Positions 1 through 9,531 of a stretch of 64,000 nt of DNA are shown piece after piece; within the stretch, counting starts at the first letter, position 1; each line of letters starts with the position of its first letter. The translations under genes and the position numbers were made by a program. The notes below the pieces were generated by a model. That model did no database searches. It had not been told where the DNA came from and saw only the letters and a list, made by a program, of their open reading frames with translations. The DNA comes from a virus. The stretch spans positions 64,001-128,000 of IMG/VR virus record IMGVR_UViG_3300011116_000922. One strand, written 5' to 3'.

Positions 1-393
1 GGTCATCCCGATGTTGACGGTGTTTGCAGACTGATTCACAAGCCAGTTGTGAAATTCAATGTCACCGAGCCGTACACATCAAATACGATAACCCCGTTTA
101 ATACTCAAAACACTTTCTTGAGCAGAGAAGCAATCAAGGTCTTTATGGATCTACCTTTCATTGGAAGAATGTCGGATATATGGGGAGCCTATGTGTTGCA
201 GAAGAGAATGAAATGCAATGTTGCATTTTCTCCGGCATCGGTGTATCAGGATAGAAACTTGCAAGACACCGTGAACAATATTGTAGATGAGTTGATTGGA
301 TACCGACATAGCCACAGTTTTGTTGATGGCAAATACGAATTGCCTGATAATGTCAAGACTGCGTATGATACATACTGTGAGTGCTTTGAATAA
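1..393 (+). CDS. STELLO/GT75 (reversibly glycosylated polypeptide)-like glycosyltransferase, 5' truncated by window edge
   Basis: Open frame from base 1: GHPDVDGVCRL...PFNTQNT...GRMSDIWGAY motifs typical of STELLO/RGP-like proteins. Confidence 0.6.
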   Translation, partial: GHPDVDGVCRLIHKPVVKFNVTEPYTSNTITPFNTQNTFLSREAIKVFMDLPFIGRMSDIWGAYVLQKRMKCNVAFSPASVYQDRNLQDTVNNIVDELIGYRHSHSFVDGKYELPDNVKTAYDTYCECFE

Positions 394-403
394 GGAGAAT
401 ATT

Positions 404-1381
404 ATGAAGAAAGCATTGGTTCTTGGTGGTGGTGGATTCATCGGATCACATCTTGTCAACCGTCTTAAGCGCGAAGGATTTTGGGTACGAGCGGTTGATC
501 TAAAGTATCCCGAGTACGCAAAAACACAAGCAGACGATTTTGTCCAAGGCGATTTGCGTTCGCAGAGTCTGTGTGATTATGTGTTCGATCAGCAATTTGA
601 TGAAGTGTATCAGTTGGCTGCTGACATGGGTGGCGCGGGTTATATTTTCACTGGTGAGAACGATGCAAATGTGATGCACAACTCTGCACTCATCAATCTA
701 AATGTTGTTGAGAAGTGCCATGAAACAAAAGCAGGAAAGGTGTTCTATTCCTCCTCTGCCTGCATGTATCCTGCTCACAACCAAGAAGATCCCGACAATC
801 CAAAGTGTTCCGAGGATTCTGCGTATCCTGCTGCTCCCGATAGCGAATACGGTTGGGAAAAACTTTTCAGCGAAAGACTGTTTTTGGCGTATGCTAGAAA
901 TCATGGTCTGAATGTCAAAGTTGCCCGATTCCACAATGTCTTTGGGATTGAAGGGTCATGGGACAACGGAAAGGAAAAGGCTCCTGCTGCTGTTTGTCGC
1001 AAGGTTGCAGAAGCAGAAGACGGAACCCATATCGAAATTTGGGGTGACGGAAAACAGACTCGTTCTTTCATGTATGTTGACGAGTGCCTTGAGGCAGTTC
1101 GTAGGTTCATGGATTCGGAGTTTTCTGGTCCTGTCAATATTGGAACCGAAGAAATGATCGCTATCAACGATCTTGCAGAGATGGTGATTCGTATCTCTGG
1201 AAAGAATCTAACCATCAAAAATATTCCCGGCCCAATTGGTGTGCGTGGCAGAAACTCTGATAACAAACTGTACAGAGAGAAGATTGGTTGGGAATCGAAG
1301 AAGACCCTTGAAGAAGGAATAACAACCACATTTGCTTGGATCAATGAGCAAGTAAAAGCCAAGAAGATGATGGCGGTTTAA
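404..1381 (+). CDS. GDP-mannose 3,5-epimerase-like NAD-dependent epimerase
   Basis: GGGGFIG Rossmann motif, LAADMGGAGYI, YGWEK (YxxxK), GKEKAPAA, GVRGRNSDN; SD AGGAG before ATG 404. Confidence 0.85.
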   Translation: MKKALVLGGGGFIGSHLVNRLKREGFWVRAVDLKYPEYAKTQADDFVQGDLRSQSLCDYVFDQQFDEVYQLAADMGGAGYIFTGENDANVMHNSALINLNVVEKCHETKAGKVFYSSSACMYPAHNQEDPDNPKCSEDSAYPAAPDSEYGWEKLFSERLFLAYARNHGLNVKVARFHNVFGIEGSWDNGKEKAPAAVCRKVAEAEDGTHIEIWGDGKQTRSFMYVDECLEAVRRFMDSEFSGPVNIGTEEMIAINDLAEMVIRISGKNLTIKNIPGPIGVRGRNSDNKLYREKIGWESKKTLEEGITTTFAWINEQVKAKKMMAV

Positions 1382-1382
1382 C

Positions 1383-2399
1383 ATGAATACAAAGACATCT
1401 CTGACCGTTGGATTCTATTCCAACCAACTGTGTGTTCGTGGCACAGAAGTTGCCATGTATGATTATGCCCACTACAATGAAACTCTGTTGGGAAACAAGT
1501 CTGTAATTTTCTATAACGAGGACTCGCCCAACAACGATTCTAATGCTGTAGAAAAATTTCGTGCTAGGTTTCCGGTTGTTGGATTGCGGGGAGCCTTTTC
1601 TAGCGGTGCAAGAAGCGCAAACGGAAATACTGTAAACGCTCTACTGAATGATGCGATTTTATCAAATAATATTGATGCCATTTACATCATCAAAAACGGA
1701 GAAAAGAGTGACGGTATTTTACCCACTGCTTGCAAAACTCTTGTTCATGCAATAGGAACTCCCGATCCAAGTGAAAAGCACGGAGACAGATATGCTTATG
1801 GATCGTATTGGTTGAGCGAGGAGTTTTCAAAAAACACCATTCCTGCCGTTCCATATATGATAGACCTTCCCGAAGAAACCGGGAACTTGAGGAGCGAATT
1901 AGGGATACCGGAAGACGCTGTGGTGTTTGGAAGAAACGGCGGAAACGATACTTTTGATCTTCCTTGGGCAAAACAAGTTGTAGCAGAAGTTGTTAATCGG
2001 GTATCAGACTCTTATTTTATATTTCAAAACACCGACAAGTTCTACGATCATCCAAGGGTGATTCATCTTCCCAAAAATGCAGACATGAAATACAAGGTGA
2101 AGTTTATAAATTCGTGTGATGCAATGCTACATTGTCGTTACATTGGCGAAAGTTTTGGTTTGTCTTGCGGAGAATTCTCTGTTCGAAACAAACCAGTAAT
2201 CACATGGAACGGCTCTCCACAGAGAAATCACATATTTGTGTTGGGGGACAAGGGCATATACTATGACACCGCACAGGAGTTGTTTGAAATACTAATGACA
2301 TTCGACAAACAAGATCCCGCTGTGGATTGGAATGCATATGCCGATTACTCTCCCGAAAAGGTAATGGGTGTATTCAAATCTGTTTATTTAGAAGAGTGA
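1383..2399 (+). CDS. GT-B (GT4-like) glycosyltransferase
   Basis: RGTEVAMYDYAHYNE N-terminus, DAMLHCRYIGESFGLSCGEFS (ExFG..E) motif. Confidence 0.7.
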   Translation: MNTKTSLTVGFYSNQLCVRGTEVAMYDYAHYNETLLGNKSVIFYNEDSPNNDSNAVEKFRARFPVVGLRGAFSSGARSANGNTVNALLNDAILSNNIDAIYIIKNGEKSDGILPTACKTLVHAIGTPDPSEKHGDRYAYGSYWLSEEFSKNTIPAVPYMIDLPEETGNLRSELGIPEDAVVFGRNGGNDTFDLPWAKQVVAEVVNRVSDSYFIFQNTDKFYDHPRVIHLPKNADMKYKVKFINSCDAMLHCRYIGESFGLSCGEFSVRNKPVITWNGSPQRNHIFVLGDKGIYYDTAQELFEILMTFDKQDPAVDWNAYADYSPEKVMGVFKSVYLEE

Positions 2400-2428
2400 T
2401 TGACTTTTAATATCTACTGGAAAAAATA

Positions 2429-3054
2429 ATGGACAACAAACACAAATTATACGAGCAGATCCGGCGTTCTAATGTTAAGACCGTATTGGACATTGGTGCT
2501 AATGTTGGTCAGTTTGCGATGGAAATAAAAGCAAACTTTCCACACCTGTTTGTCGTTAGCATTGAACCAAATAGAGACTGTGAACCGTATTTGAAATCAT
2601 ACGGATTGAACTACATCATCTGTTGTCCATCTGATCGCAAAACTACTAAAAAATTCTATAGAACAAAAAATAATCGTGTTGGTACTGGGTTTTCTTTGTC
2701 AAAGAAAATACCTGTCATTATGATGGAGATAATCTAGTGGTCGAAGACATGCAAACCGACACTATGGATTCTATTTTAGATCAGAGTTGGCTTGGGAATC
2801 TGTCGTTTGATCTTATCAAATTAGACACTCAAGGAAGCGAACTTGACATCTTAAAAGGATGCCCCAAAACTATGTCCAATTGCAAAATGATTCTTGCAGA
2901 GACAGATGTTGGAAACTATAACCAAGGATGTCCTTCGCAGGCTGAAGTAATAGATTATCTATCGACAGTCGGATTCCGTGTTCTAGAAATAATAGAAGAC
3001 CAAGTATCAGACGGTAAAATTATTCAGCAAGACATATTGTTCATCAAGGACTAA
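2429..3054 (+). pseudogene. FkbM-family methyltransferase split by a 1-nt frameshift near 2700
   Basis: VLDIGANVG and IEPN in ORF 2429-2737; LIKLDTQGSELDILKG in ORF 2737-3054; adding one base at ttg-tc-aaa restores GTGFSLxKENTCHYDGDNLVVEDM. Confidence 0.75.
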
Positions 3055-3057
3055 CAA

Positions 3058-3999
3058 ATGAAAATGCTAGTGACAGGTGGGGCGGGGTTTATTGGATCGA
3101 ATCTTGTTGATCGGCTAATTGCAGAGGGTCACGAAGTAGTAGTGATCGACAACGAGTCATCAGATTCTAACGAACAATTCTATTGGAATCCCACAGCACA
3201 GAACTATAAGTACGACATCAACGATTACACGATGGTACGCAAACTGTACGAGGGTGTGGACACTGTGTTCCACCTTGCTGCGGAAGCCCGTATTCAGCCG
3301 TGTATCGAAGATCCCGTAAAGGCTGTGGAAGCCAATATGCTTGGTACCGCTAGTGTGTTGCAGTGTTCCCGTGTATGTGGTGTGAAGCGGGTAATCTACT
3401 CGTCCACATCGTCTGCCTACGGACTCAAGAACACTCCTCCCCTTGTGGAAACCATGCCCAACGATTGCCTGAATCCGTATTCGGTCAGCAAGGTAGGCGG
3501 CGAGGAGTTGTGCAAGATGTACTCCAAACTGTACGGGTTGGAGACAATCGTATTCCGCTACTTTAATGTGTACGGAGAGCGTCAGCCCCTGCGTGGTCAG
3601 TACGCGCCAGTGATTGGTATTTTCCTGCGTCAACGAGCCGCAGGAGAACCCATGACGATTGTGGGTGATGGCGAACAACGCCGCGACTTTACCCATGTGA
3701 GTGATGTGGTGGAAGCCAACATCAAGGCATCACAGTTTACTGCCCCTGAATACAATGTCATAGACAACGGTTCGTGTCAGACCTACAGAGGATGGGAATG
3801 GGGTCAGGTGTACAATATTGGCACGGGAACCAACCATTCCGTGAATCAAATTGCTGAACTTATGGGAGGAGAAACTGTAAATATTCCTCCCCGCGCAGGC
3901 GAATCGCGTATCACTCTTGCAAACGCAAAAAAGGCACAAGAACATTTTGCGTGGACTGCGAAGATTCGTCTTGAAGATTGGATTGCCGAGCATAAATAA
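3058..3999 (+). CDS. NAD-dependent nucleotide-sugar epimerase/dehydratase (GalE/WbpP-like)
   Basis: VTGGAGFIGS, PYSVSK, FRYFNVYG, GDGEQRRDFTHV. Confidence 0.85.
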   Translation: MKMLVTGGAGFIGSNLVDRLIAEGHEVVVIDNESSDSNEQFYWNPTAQNYKYDINDYTMVRKLYEGVDTVFHLAAEARIQPCIEDPVKAVEANMLGTASVLQCSRVCGVKRVIYSSTSSAYGLKNTPPLVETMPNDCLNPYSVSKVGGEELCKMYSKLYGLETIVFRYFNVYGERQPLRGQYAPVIGIFLRQRAAGEPMTIVGDGEQRRDFTHVSDVVEANIKASQFTAPEYNVIDNGSCQTYRGWEWGQVYNIGTGTNHSVNQIAELMGGETVNIPPRAGESRITLANAKKAQEHFAWTAKIRLEDWIAEHK

Positions 4000-4018
4000 C
4001 GGTACAAGGAGATCGTGA

Positions 4019-5260
4019 ATGTCTACAGTATGCCTGTCAATGATCGTCAAAAACGAAATGCATATCATCCAAGAGTGCTTTGATTCTGTCTATAAGTACA
4101 TCGACTACTGGGTGATTGTTGATACTGGTTCCACCGATGGAACACAGGAATTCATCAAGAAGTACTTTGCCGAGAAGGGCATTCCCGGAGAACTGATTGA
4201 GCGTCCGTGGGTGGGTTTCGGTCACAACCGCAGCGAAGCCCTTGATCTCTGCACAGGCAAGGCAGACTACGCTTGGATGATTGATGCGGACGACAAGATT
4301 GTTGGCGACTTCAAGTTTCCAAACAACAAGAACCTGACGGTTGATGCGTATGCCCTGAAGTGCGGACGCGACCAGTGCATTTGGTGGCGCAACCAAATCT
4401 TCAAGACAGGAATTGGTTGGAAGTATGTTGGTATTCTCCATGAGTACGCACACTGCGAAAAGCAGCCTCTTGTTCAGGAAAAGATTGACGGCAACTACCA
4501 CCTAGAGGCTCGTACACTAGGAGCGCGTAATGTCAACATCACACCCGTTGAAAAGTACTCCAAGGACGCAGAACTTCTGCTTGAAGCCCTCAAGACTGAA
4601 CCGGGCAATACCCGTTACCAGTTTTATCTTGCTCAGTCTTACTTTGATTCTCAGCAGTGGGACAAGGCTACAGAAGCGTATTACAAGCGCGTGGAGATGG
4701 GCGGTTGGGAAGAGGAGTGCTACTACTCGCTGTTCCGAGTTGCCCTGATTGCTATGGCACAGGAAAAGGAGTGGCCCGTCATTCAGCAGAAACTGCTTGA
4801 TGCCTACGACTACCGTCCGTGCCGTGCTGAACCCCTCCATGCCATTGCGCGTACCCTACGCATGATGGGTCGCCCTCGCGCTGCGTATATGTTTGCCAAG
4901 GAAGCAGCCAACATTCCGTTCCCGCAGCAAGACATCCTGTTCATTGACACCAATGTGTACACTTGGATGGCACTGGACGAACTTGCGGCTACTGCCTTCT
5001 ATGTGCATGACTACAAGAACGGCTTTGCTGCTGCGGATTTCCTGCTCAAGCAGAACCGCCTTCCCCCAACGGAAATTCAGCGCGTTCAGCAGAACCACGC
5101 TGCGTACCGTGACAAACTGGAAGAAGTGCAGCGTATGCAGACCGGACAGCCGGGACAGTTCCCCATTCCCGCAATCCCCGCCGTTCCGCCTCCAGTAGTG
5201 CAACAAAAAATTGCCTACATACCTCCTAGAGCGAACCGCTTTAAGACGAGGAAAAAGTAA
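4019..5260 (+). CDS. GT2 glycosyltransferase with C-terminal TPR repeats
   Basis: CLSMIVKNE, VDTGSTDGT, IDADD (DxD), YVGILHE, then FYLAQSY TPR-like helices. Confidence 0.85.
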   Translation: MSTVCLSMIVKNEMHIIQECFDSVYKYIDYWVIVDTGSTDGTQEFIKKYFAEKGIPGELIERPWVGFGHNRSEALDLCTGKADYAWMIDADDKIVGDFKFPNNKNLTVDAYALKCGRDQCIWWRNQIFKTGIGWKYVGILHEYAHCEKQPLVQEKIDGNYHLEARTLGARNVNITPVEKYSKDAELLLEALKTEPGNTRYQFYLAQSYFDSQQWDKATEAYYKRVEMGGWEEECYYSLFRVALIAMAQEKEWPVIQQKLLDAYDYRPCRAEPLHAIARTLRMMGRPRAAYMFAKEAANIPFPQQDILFIDTNVYTWMALDELAATAFYVHDYKNGFAAADFLLKQNRLPPTEIQRVQQNHAAYRDKLEEVQRMQTGQPGQFPIPAIPAVPPPVVQQKIAYIPPRANRFKTRKK

Positions 5261-5718
5261 TGGCATCAGCAAATTACGATATCTATGTAAAGCAGGACGA
5301 AACCTTTAATTTCCATATTGAGTATTACGATACCAATGGAAACGCCGTGGATGTTTCTTCGTACACAGGTACTCGTTTTCAGGTGCGTCCAAACACGGGC
5401 AGCATCTACAAGTACCTTGATGCCACCATTTCGGGAGTCACCGGAGGCGGTTACACTGGTGATTGGCTAGCAGGAGTCACCATGAAGAACGGCATTACAT
5501 GGGTTTCTTCGGGTGTCAAGGGCACAGGCGGAATATATCTGAATGCGGGAGAAACCGCAGGAGCGTTCACGGGCGGCATCCGCCTCACCGTGGACTACAC
5601 CACGATGGGAAATGTCCCGGTGGGTACATGGGTCTACGGATTGGACTTGGTGCAGGGCATCACCGTAAACGAACTCCTTACGGGTCGATTTGTTGTCAGC
5701 GATAAGGTGGTTCGATGA
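5260..5718 (+). CDS. hypothetical protein, probable virion beta-sandwich
   Basis: YDIYVKQDETF...WVYGLDL...LLTGRFVV pattern; overlaps upstream stop. Confidence 0.5.
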   Translation: MASANYDIYVKQDETFNFHIEYYDTNGNAVDVSSYTGTRFQVRPNTGSIYKYLDATISGVTGGGYTGDWLAGVTMKNGITWVSSGVKGTGGIYLNAGETAGAFTGGIRLTVDYTTMGNVPVGTWVYGLDLVQGITVNELLTGRFVVSDKVVR

Positions 5719-5951
5719 AAATAAAAATCAAGGAAGTTTCATATGTTACTCCCGCTAACTATGACGGACGAGTCAAGCGGAAGAACAACAAGATGCTTCT
5801 CAAGGCTCCTGATATTTTGATTCTGCGCCCCAAGCCCAGTGGGCTAGTCATAAATTCCAAAAAAAATACTCGCGTCTACAAAGAAGACAGCGTGGACGGA
5901 ATAGTACTACAGGCATCCATCCACACTGTAATGTACAAACAAAACCCTTGA
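5715..5951 (+). CDS. hypothetical protein
   Basis: ATGA overlap with upstream gene. Confidence 0.5.
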   Translation: MKIKIKEVSYVTPANYDGRVKRKNNKMLLKAPDILILRPKPSGLVINSKKNTRVYKEDSVDGIVLQASIHTVMYKQNP

Positions 5952-5975
5952 CAGCCGCCTGACATCGTGTACACT
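5948..5975 (+). promoter_or_regulatory. sigma70-type promoter for dUTPase
   Basis: TTGACA-N16-TACACT, then SD AGGAG. Confidence 0.6.
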
Positions 5976-5994
5976 CCTCACAGGAGATTTTATT

Positions 5995-6570
5995 ATGGAA
6001 CTAGTAGAAACACTCGGCTTTTATTGCATTCCTGAAACTGGTGCAACCGTACCGCAGTTTGCCACAGACGGCTCTGCGTGTTTTGACATCTGTGTGCGCT
6101 TCCACCCTGATCCCGAAAACTCGGACGAGCAGTGGGGGGCATACAAGCCCGTGACCGCGTATGGTCCGCAGAATGTCAAGATGGAAATCTATCCCAACCA
6201 AGGCTGCTTGGATATTCCGCCCGGATGGCGGTTCCTGCTGCCCACGGGACTGATCCTAGACATTCCCACAGGCTTCTCCGTGCGCCTCCATGCCCGTAGC
6301 GGCATGGCACTCAAGGAAGGCTTCATGCTGTCCAACGCAGAGGGCGTGATTGATTCAGACTACACCGATGAACTCAAGGTAATGGTGTCCACGCAGAGTT
6401 CGTGTCTTGTCAGCATCCCCAACGGTGCGCGGATCTGCCAAGCGGAACTTGTACGGAACCAACCCACCAAACTGGAACAGATTGATTCCCCTCCGCAAAA
6501 GAAGACCCAACGCGAAGGCGGATTCGGCAGCACCGGACTGTATACTTTTGACGCAAATATGGGAGACTAA
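5995..6570 (+). CDS. dut: trimeric dUTPase
   Basis: ATDGSACFD, RSG, GVIDSDY, RICQ, REGGFGSTG motifs I-V. Confidence 0.92.
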   Translation: MELVETLGFYCIPETGATVPQFATDGSACFDICVRFHPDPENSDEQWGAYKPVTAYGPQNVKMEIYPNQGCLDIPPGWRFLLPTGLILDIPTGFSVRLHARSGMALKEGFMLSNAEGVIDSDYTDELKVMVSTQSSCLVSIPNGARICQAELVRNQPTKLEQIDSPPQKKTQREGGFGSTGLYTFDANMGD

Positions 6571-6630
6571 ACTAAATATTTGTCTATCAGTCTAACTACT
6601 ACAGAGTCTACATACTTTGGAGGAGTTACG

Positions 6631-7230
6631 ATGGCAAAACGCATTCAATCAAGAGTGTATCGTAAAATATACGAAGACTTTCATGGTGTCAAAATCCCAA
6701 AGGGATATCATATACACCACATTGATGGAAATAGGTCAAACAACCATCCACAAAATTTGAAAATGCTGACTCCCGAAGAACACCACCAATTACACTTGCA
6801 ACAGGGTGATTCCGTTGCTTGTCGTAGTAAGTTTATACAAGGAGCAGGTTCCGCAGGAAAAATTGGTGGATCGGTTAGAAGTGAGCGAAAGATAAACGCC
6901 TCCTCCGAAAACTTGAAACGAGGAAGGCGTGCGGATTTGGGCGCACAAGCATCTATCGAATCAAGACGAAAAAGCAAAACCTTCTTCTTTTCGGATGAAT
7001 ATCAGAATTCACTACATTCAAAAATGAAAGATAAAGCGATTGGACCATATAGCGAGGCTCAAAGAAATGCCATGCGCGAAATGGGTAAAACCAAAGGTAA
7101 GCGACCAGTATTTCATAACAAGATTTGGAATAGTTCATACGAAGCAAGCATTGATACGGATTTACCCGCAAGCACGATACGGTATCGTTGCAGAAACAAC
7201 ACTTTAGGATGGAGATACGAAGATGAATGA
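6631..7230 (+). CDS. free-standing HNH homing endonuclease
   Basis: IHHIDGNRSNNHPQNL HNH motif, C-terminal HTH-like tail, AT-rich relative to neighbours; SD GGAGG. Confidence 0.8.
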   Translation: MAKRIQSRVYRKIYEDFHGVKIPKGYHIHHIDGNRSNNHPQNLKMLTPEEHHQLHLQQGDSVACRSKFIQGAGSAGKIGGSVRSERKINASSENLKRGRRADLGAQASIESRRKSKTFFFSDEYQNSLHSKMKDKAIGPYSEAQRNAMREMGKTKGKRPVFHNKIWNSSYEASIDTDLPASTIRYRCRNNTLGWRYEDE

Positions 7231-7567
7231 TTACAAAATGACCCGTGACGAACTACTTGCATTTCACGAAGAACTTTGCAAGCAAGCAAGAGAACTGATG
7301 AATCTGAAGAATCGGGACTATGCAGGTGGTGAGGGTCTTGAGCCGTTTGCAAACTTTACCCGTGTTGAGGCAATGGGTATTTGCAAAACCGAGGCTGGTA
7401 TGCTTGTGCGCCTCACGGACAAGATGAGCCGCCTGTCGTCTTTTGTTCGCGCTGGTAAGATGAATGTCAAGGACGAGTCCTTCATGGACACCTGCGTGGA
7501 TGTCATCAACTACATGGTGCTGCTTGCTGCGTATCTGAAGGAACAGGAAGAAAAGAAGGCAAAGTGA
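7223..7567 (+). CDS. DUF1599 / nucleotide-modification-associated domain 1-like all-alpha protein
   Basis: KNRDYA..PFANF..RLTDKMSRL..DESFMDTCVDVINY. Confidence 0.7.
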   Translation: MNDYKMTRDELLAFHEELCKQARELMNLKNRDYAGGEGLEPFANFTRVEAMGICKTEAGMLVRLTDKMSRLSSFVRAGKMNVKDESFMDTCVDVINYMVLLAAYLKEQEEKKAK

Positions 7568-7791
7568 TCCACGAATTTCGCAATCCCCTGCCTGTGGTTA
7601 CCCCAATGGGGGACGGCTACGCCATTTATGTGCGGGACGGCGGAACATGGGAAAATGATATATTTGCGGTGGTTATGTGCCACGGCGGTCAAATATTTCA
7701 TTTCACAAGCAGCCAAATCCGTGTTTTCAAAAATGGAACTTTGGGGATTGTGGTTGACACACAGCCGCCATCGGGTATTATAGAGGCATGA
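7564..7791 (+). CDS. hypothetical protein
   Basis: Overlaps both flanking genes (GTGA, ATGA). Confidence 0.6.
   Translation: MIHEFRNPLPVVTPMGDGYAIYVRDGGTWENDIFAVVMCHGGQIFHFTSSQIRVFKNGTLGIVVDTQPPSGIIEA
7754..7781 (+). promoter_or_regulatory. sigma70 promoter giving a leaderless uvsE transcript
   Basis: TTGACA-N16-TATTAT, ATG 6 nt downstream. Confidence 0.65.
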
Positions 7792-8717
7792 TTCGCCACC
7801 TTGGCTACGCCTGTATGAATCTGTCCCTGTGCGAAGGGCGCAAGGCAAAGGATCGGCTTTTCACCGACCGTACTCTGCGTATGGATCGGTTCTCGCTTGA
7901 GCGGGTGGGGGAACTCGCCGTACTCAATACCGCAGACCTTTTGCCCATCCTGCAATGGAATATTGCAAATGGAATTCGGTTTTTCCGTATTGGTAGCGGC
8001 GTGTTCCCCTTCATGGATCACCCCACACTGCGCTACGCTATTGGCGACCTCCATCCACAGCACGAAGCGGCTATCCGTAAGTCTCTTGCGGACGCGGGTG
8101 CGTATGCCAAGGCACACGGGATGCGCCTGTCGTGCCATCCCGGTCCGTACACTTGCATTGCCTCACCTGATCCGGACACCGTTGCAAAAAGTGTGCAGTG
8201 CTTGAATATGCATTCACTGATTGCCGACCTGTTGGGCTACGGTGACGAGTTTGCCATCAACATCCACATGGGTGGCGTGTACGGCGACAAGCACTCCACC
8301 GCAGGACGGTTCCTGAAGTCATTCTGCGCGTTGGATCCGTCCATCAAGCGGCGACTCACACTTGAGAATGACGACAAGCCCACAATGTGGAGCATGACCG
8401 AACTGTACACTCAAGTTGCCAAGCACTGCCCCATTAAGTTGGTGTTGGATGTTCACCACCACCGCTTCTGCCATCAGAATTCACTGCGCGAAGCCGCTGC
8501 TATGGCATTCAGCACATGGGACGGCTTTTGCGAAATTCCCAAGGTACACTACTCGGAGTCCAAGGCAGGAGCGCGACCGCAAGCCCACTCGGACTATATT
8601 TGTGAAGAAATTCCTCTACTGTCGGATACGGTGGAGTACGATGTGATGATTGAAGCCAAGGCAAAGGACTTGGCACTTCTTGAGTATCGAAAGGCTCATA
8701 CCCCATGTTTGCTGTGA
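7788..8717 (+). CDS. uvsE: UV damage endonuclease (UVDE)
   Basis: LGYACMN, IRFFRIGS, RLSCHPG, LTLENDDK, DVHHH, PKVHYSE, AHSDY, DVMIEAKAKDLA. Confidence 0.92.
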   Translation: MIRHLGYACMNLSLCEGRKAKDRLFTDRTLRMDRFSLERVGELAVLNTADLLPILQWNIANGIRFFRIGSGVFPFMDHPTLRYAIGDLHPQHEAAIRKSLADAGAYAKAHGMRLSCHPGPYTCIASPDPDTVAKSVQCLNMHSLIADLLGYGDEFAINIHMGGVYGDKHSTAGRFLKSFCALDPSIKRRLTLENDDKPTMWSMTELYTQVAKHCPIKLVLDVHHHRFCHQNSLREAAAMAFSTWDGFCEIPKVHYSESKAGARPQAHSDYICEEIPLLSDTVEYDVMIEAKAKDLALLEYRKAHTPCLL

Positions 8718-9139
8718 TTCTCGCTACCGTGATTTGCTCTGCTGCCCACCCCGATCAGACGGGCAAGCCGTATCCCGTGCTGCCGCTGTCTGCACACTTT
8801 TATACCGTTGACAACCTGTTGGATGCCATGTACACTGTGGAGTCTAATCGCGGCAAGATTACTGTTGGCGACAACGGCAAGGCAATTGGTCCGTATCAGA
8901 TTTGGCGTGAGTACTGGCAGGACGCTGTTGAGTTCGACAAGACCATCGGCGGCAAGTACGAGGACTGCATGAACAAGGAGTATGCCGAAAAGATTGTTCG
9001 TGCGTACTGGAAGCGATACGCACCCAAGGGTGCAACGCTTGAGCAGTTGGCGCGTATTCACAACGGCGGACCGCAGGGACACACGCGCACTGCAACTTTG
9101 AAGTATTGGAAGAAGATTGTAAAGGAGATGACCAAGTGA
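8705..9139 (+). CDS. invertebrate-type (destabilase-like) lysozyme with N-terminal hydrophobic signal
   Basis: VES..GDNG..GPYQI...YWQDA...LARIHNGGP.G. Confidence 0.75.
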   Translation: MFAVILATVICSAAHPDQTGKPYPVLPLSAHFYTVDNLLDAMYTVESNRGKITVGDNGKAIGPYQIWREYWQDAVEFDKTIGGKYEDCMNKEYAEKIVRAYWKRYAPKGATLEQLARIHNGGPQGHTRTATLKYWKKIVKEMTK

Positions 9140-9531
9140 GCAAGCCATTCGGATATTCGTATTACCTTGATATGTACAATTGCCGCATCGGTGCAGCCGA
9201 TGACTTGGAGTTGCACTACCGCTTTCTTGAGCGCGTGGTGGACAAGATCGGCATGACCCGCATGAGTCAGCCCGTAGTCATGCACGGTCCAACGAACCAC
9301 GGCACGGAACTGTACCCCGACAAGGCAGGGGTAAGCGGTTGGGTTCCACTCATTGAGAGCGGAATTCAGATTCACTCAATGGAGCCAAAGCGGTTCATCA
9401 CGCTTGATGTGTACTCCTGCAACAAGTTCGACAAGGACATCATTCTCAACTACGCACGGGAGTGTTTTGGCTTTGAAGGGCACGAAGAGAACTTCTTTGT
9501 ACGCGGCAAGGGATACGGAGACATTGAATGA
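9136..9531 (+). CDS. speD: pyruvoyl-dependent S-adenosylmethionine decarboxylase proenzyme
   Basis: FG....LDMYNC, GVSGWVPLIES (E|S self-cleavage), IHS, LDVYSC; GTG start overlapping upstream stop. Confidence 0.8.
   Translation: MSKPFGYSYYLDMYNCRIGAADDLELHYRFLERVVDKIGMTRMSQPVVMHGPTNHGTELYPDKAGVSGWVPLIESGIQIHSMEPKRFITLDVYSCNKFDKDIILNYARECFGFEGHEENFFVRGKGYGDIE

Noticed and set aside
2686-2712. Programmed -1 frameshift at GGGTTTT in the FkbM gene
   Set aside because: Heptamer is not in the X XXY YYZ phase of the upstream frame; a 1-nt deletion explains the break more simply
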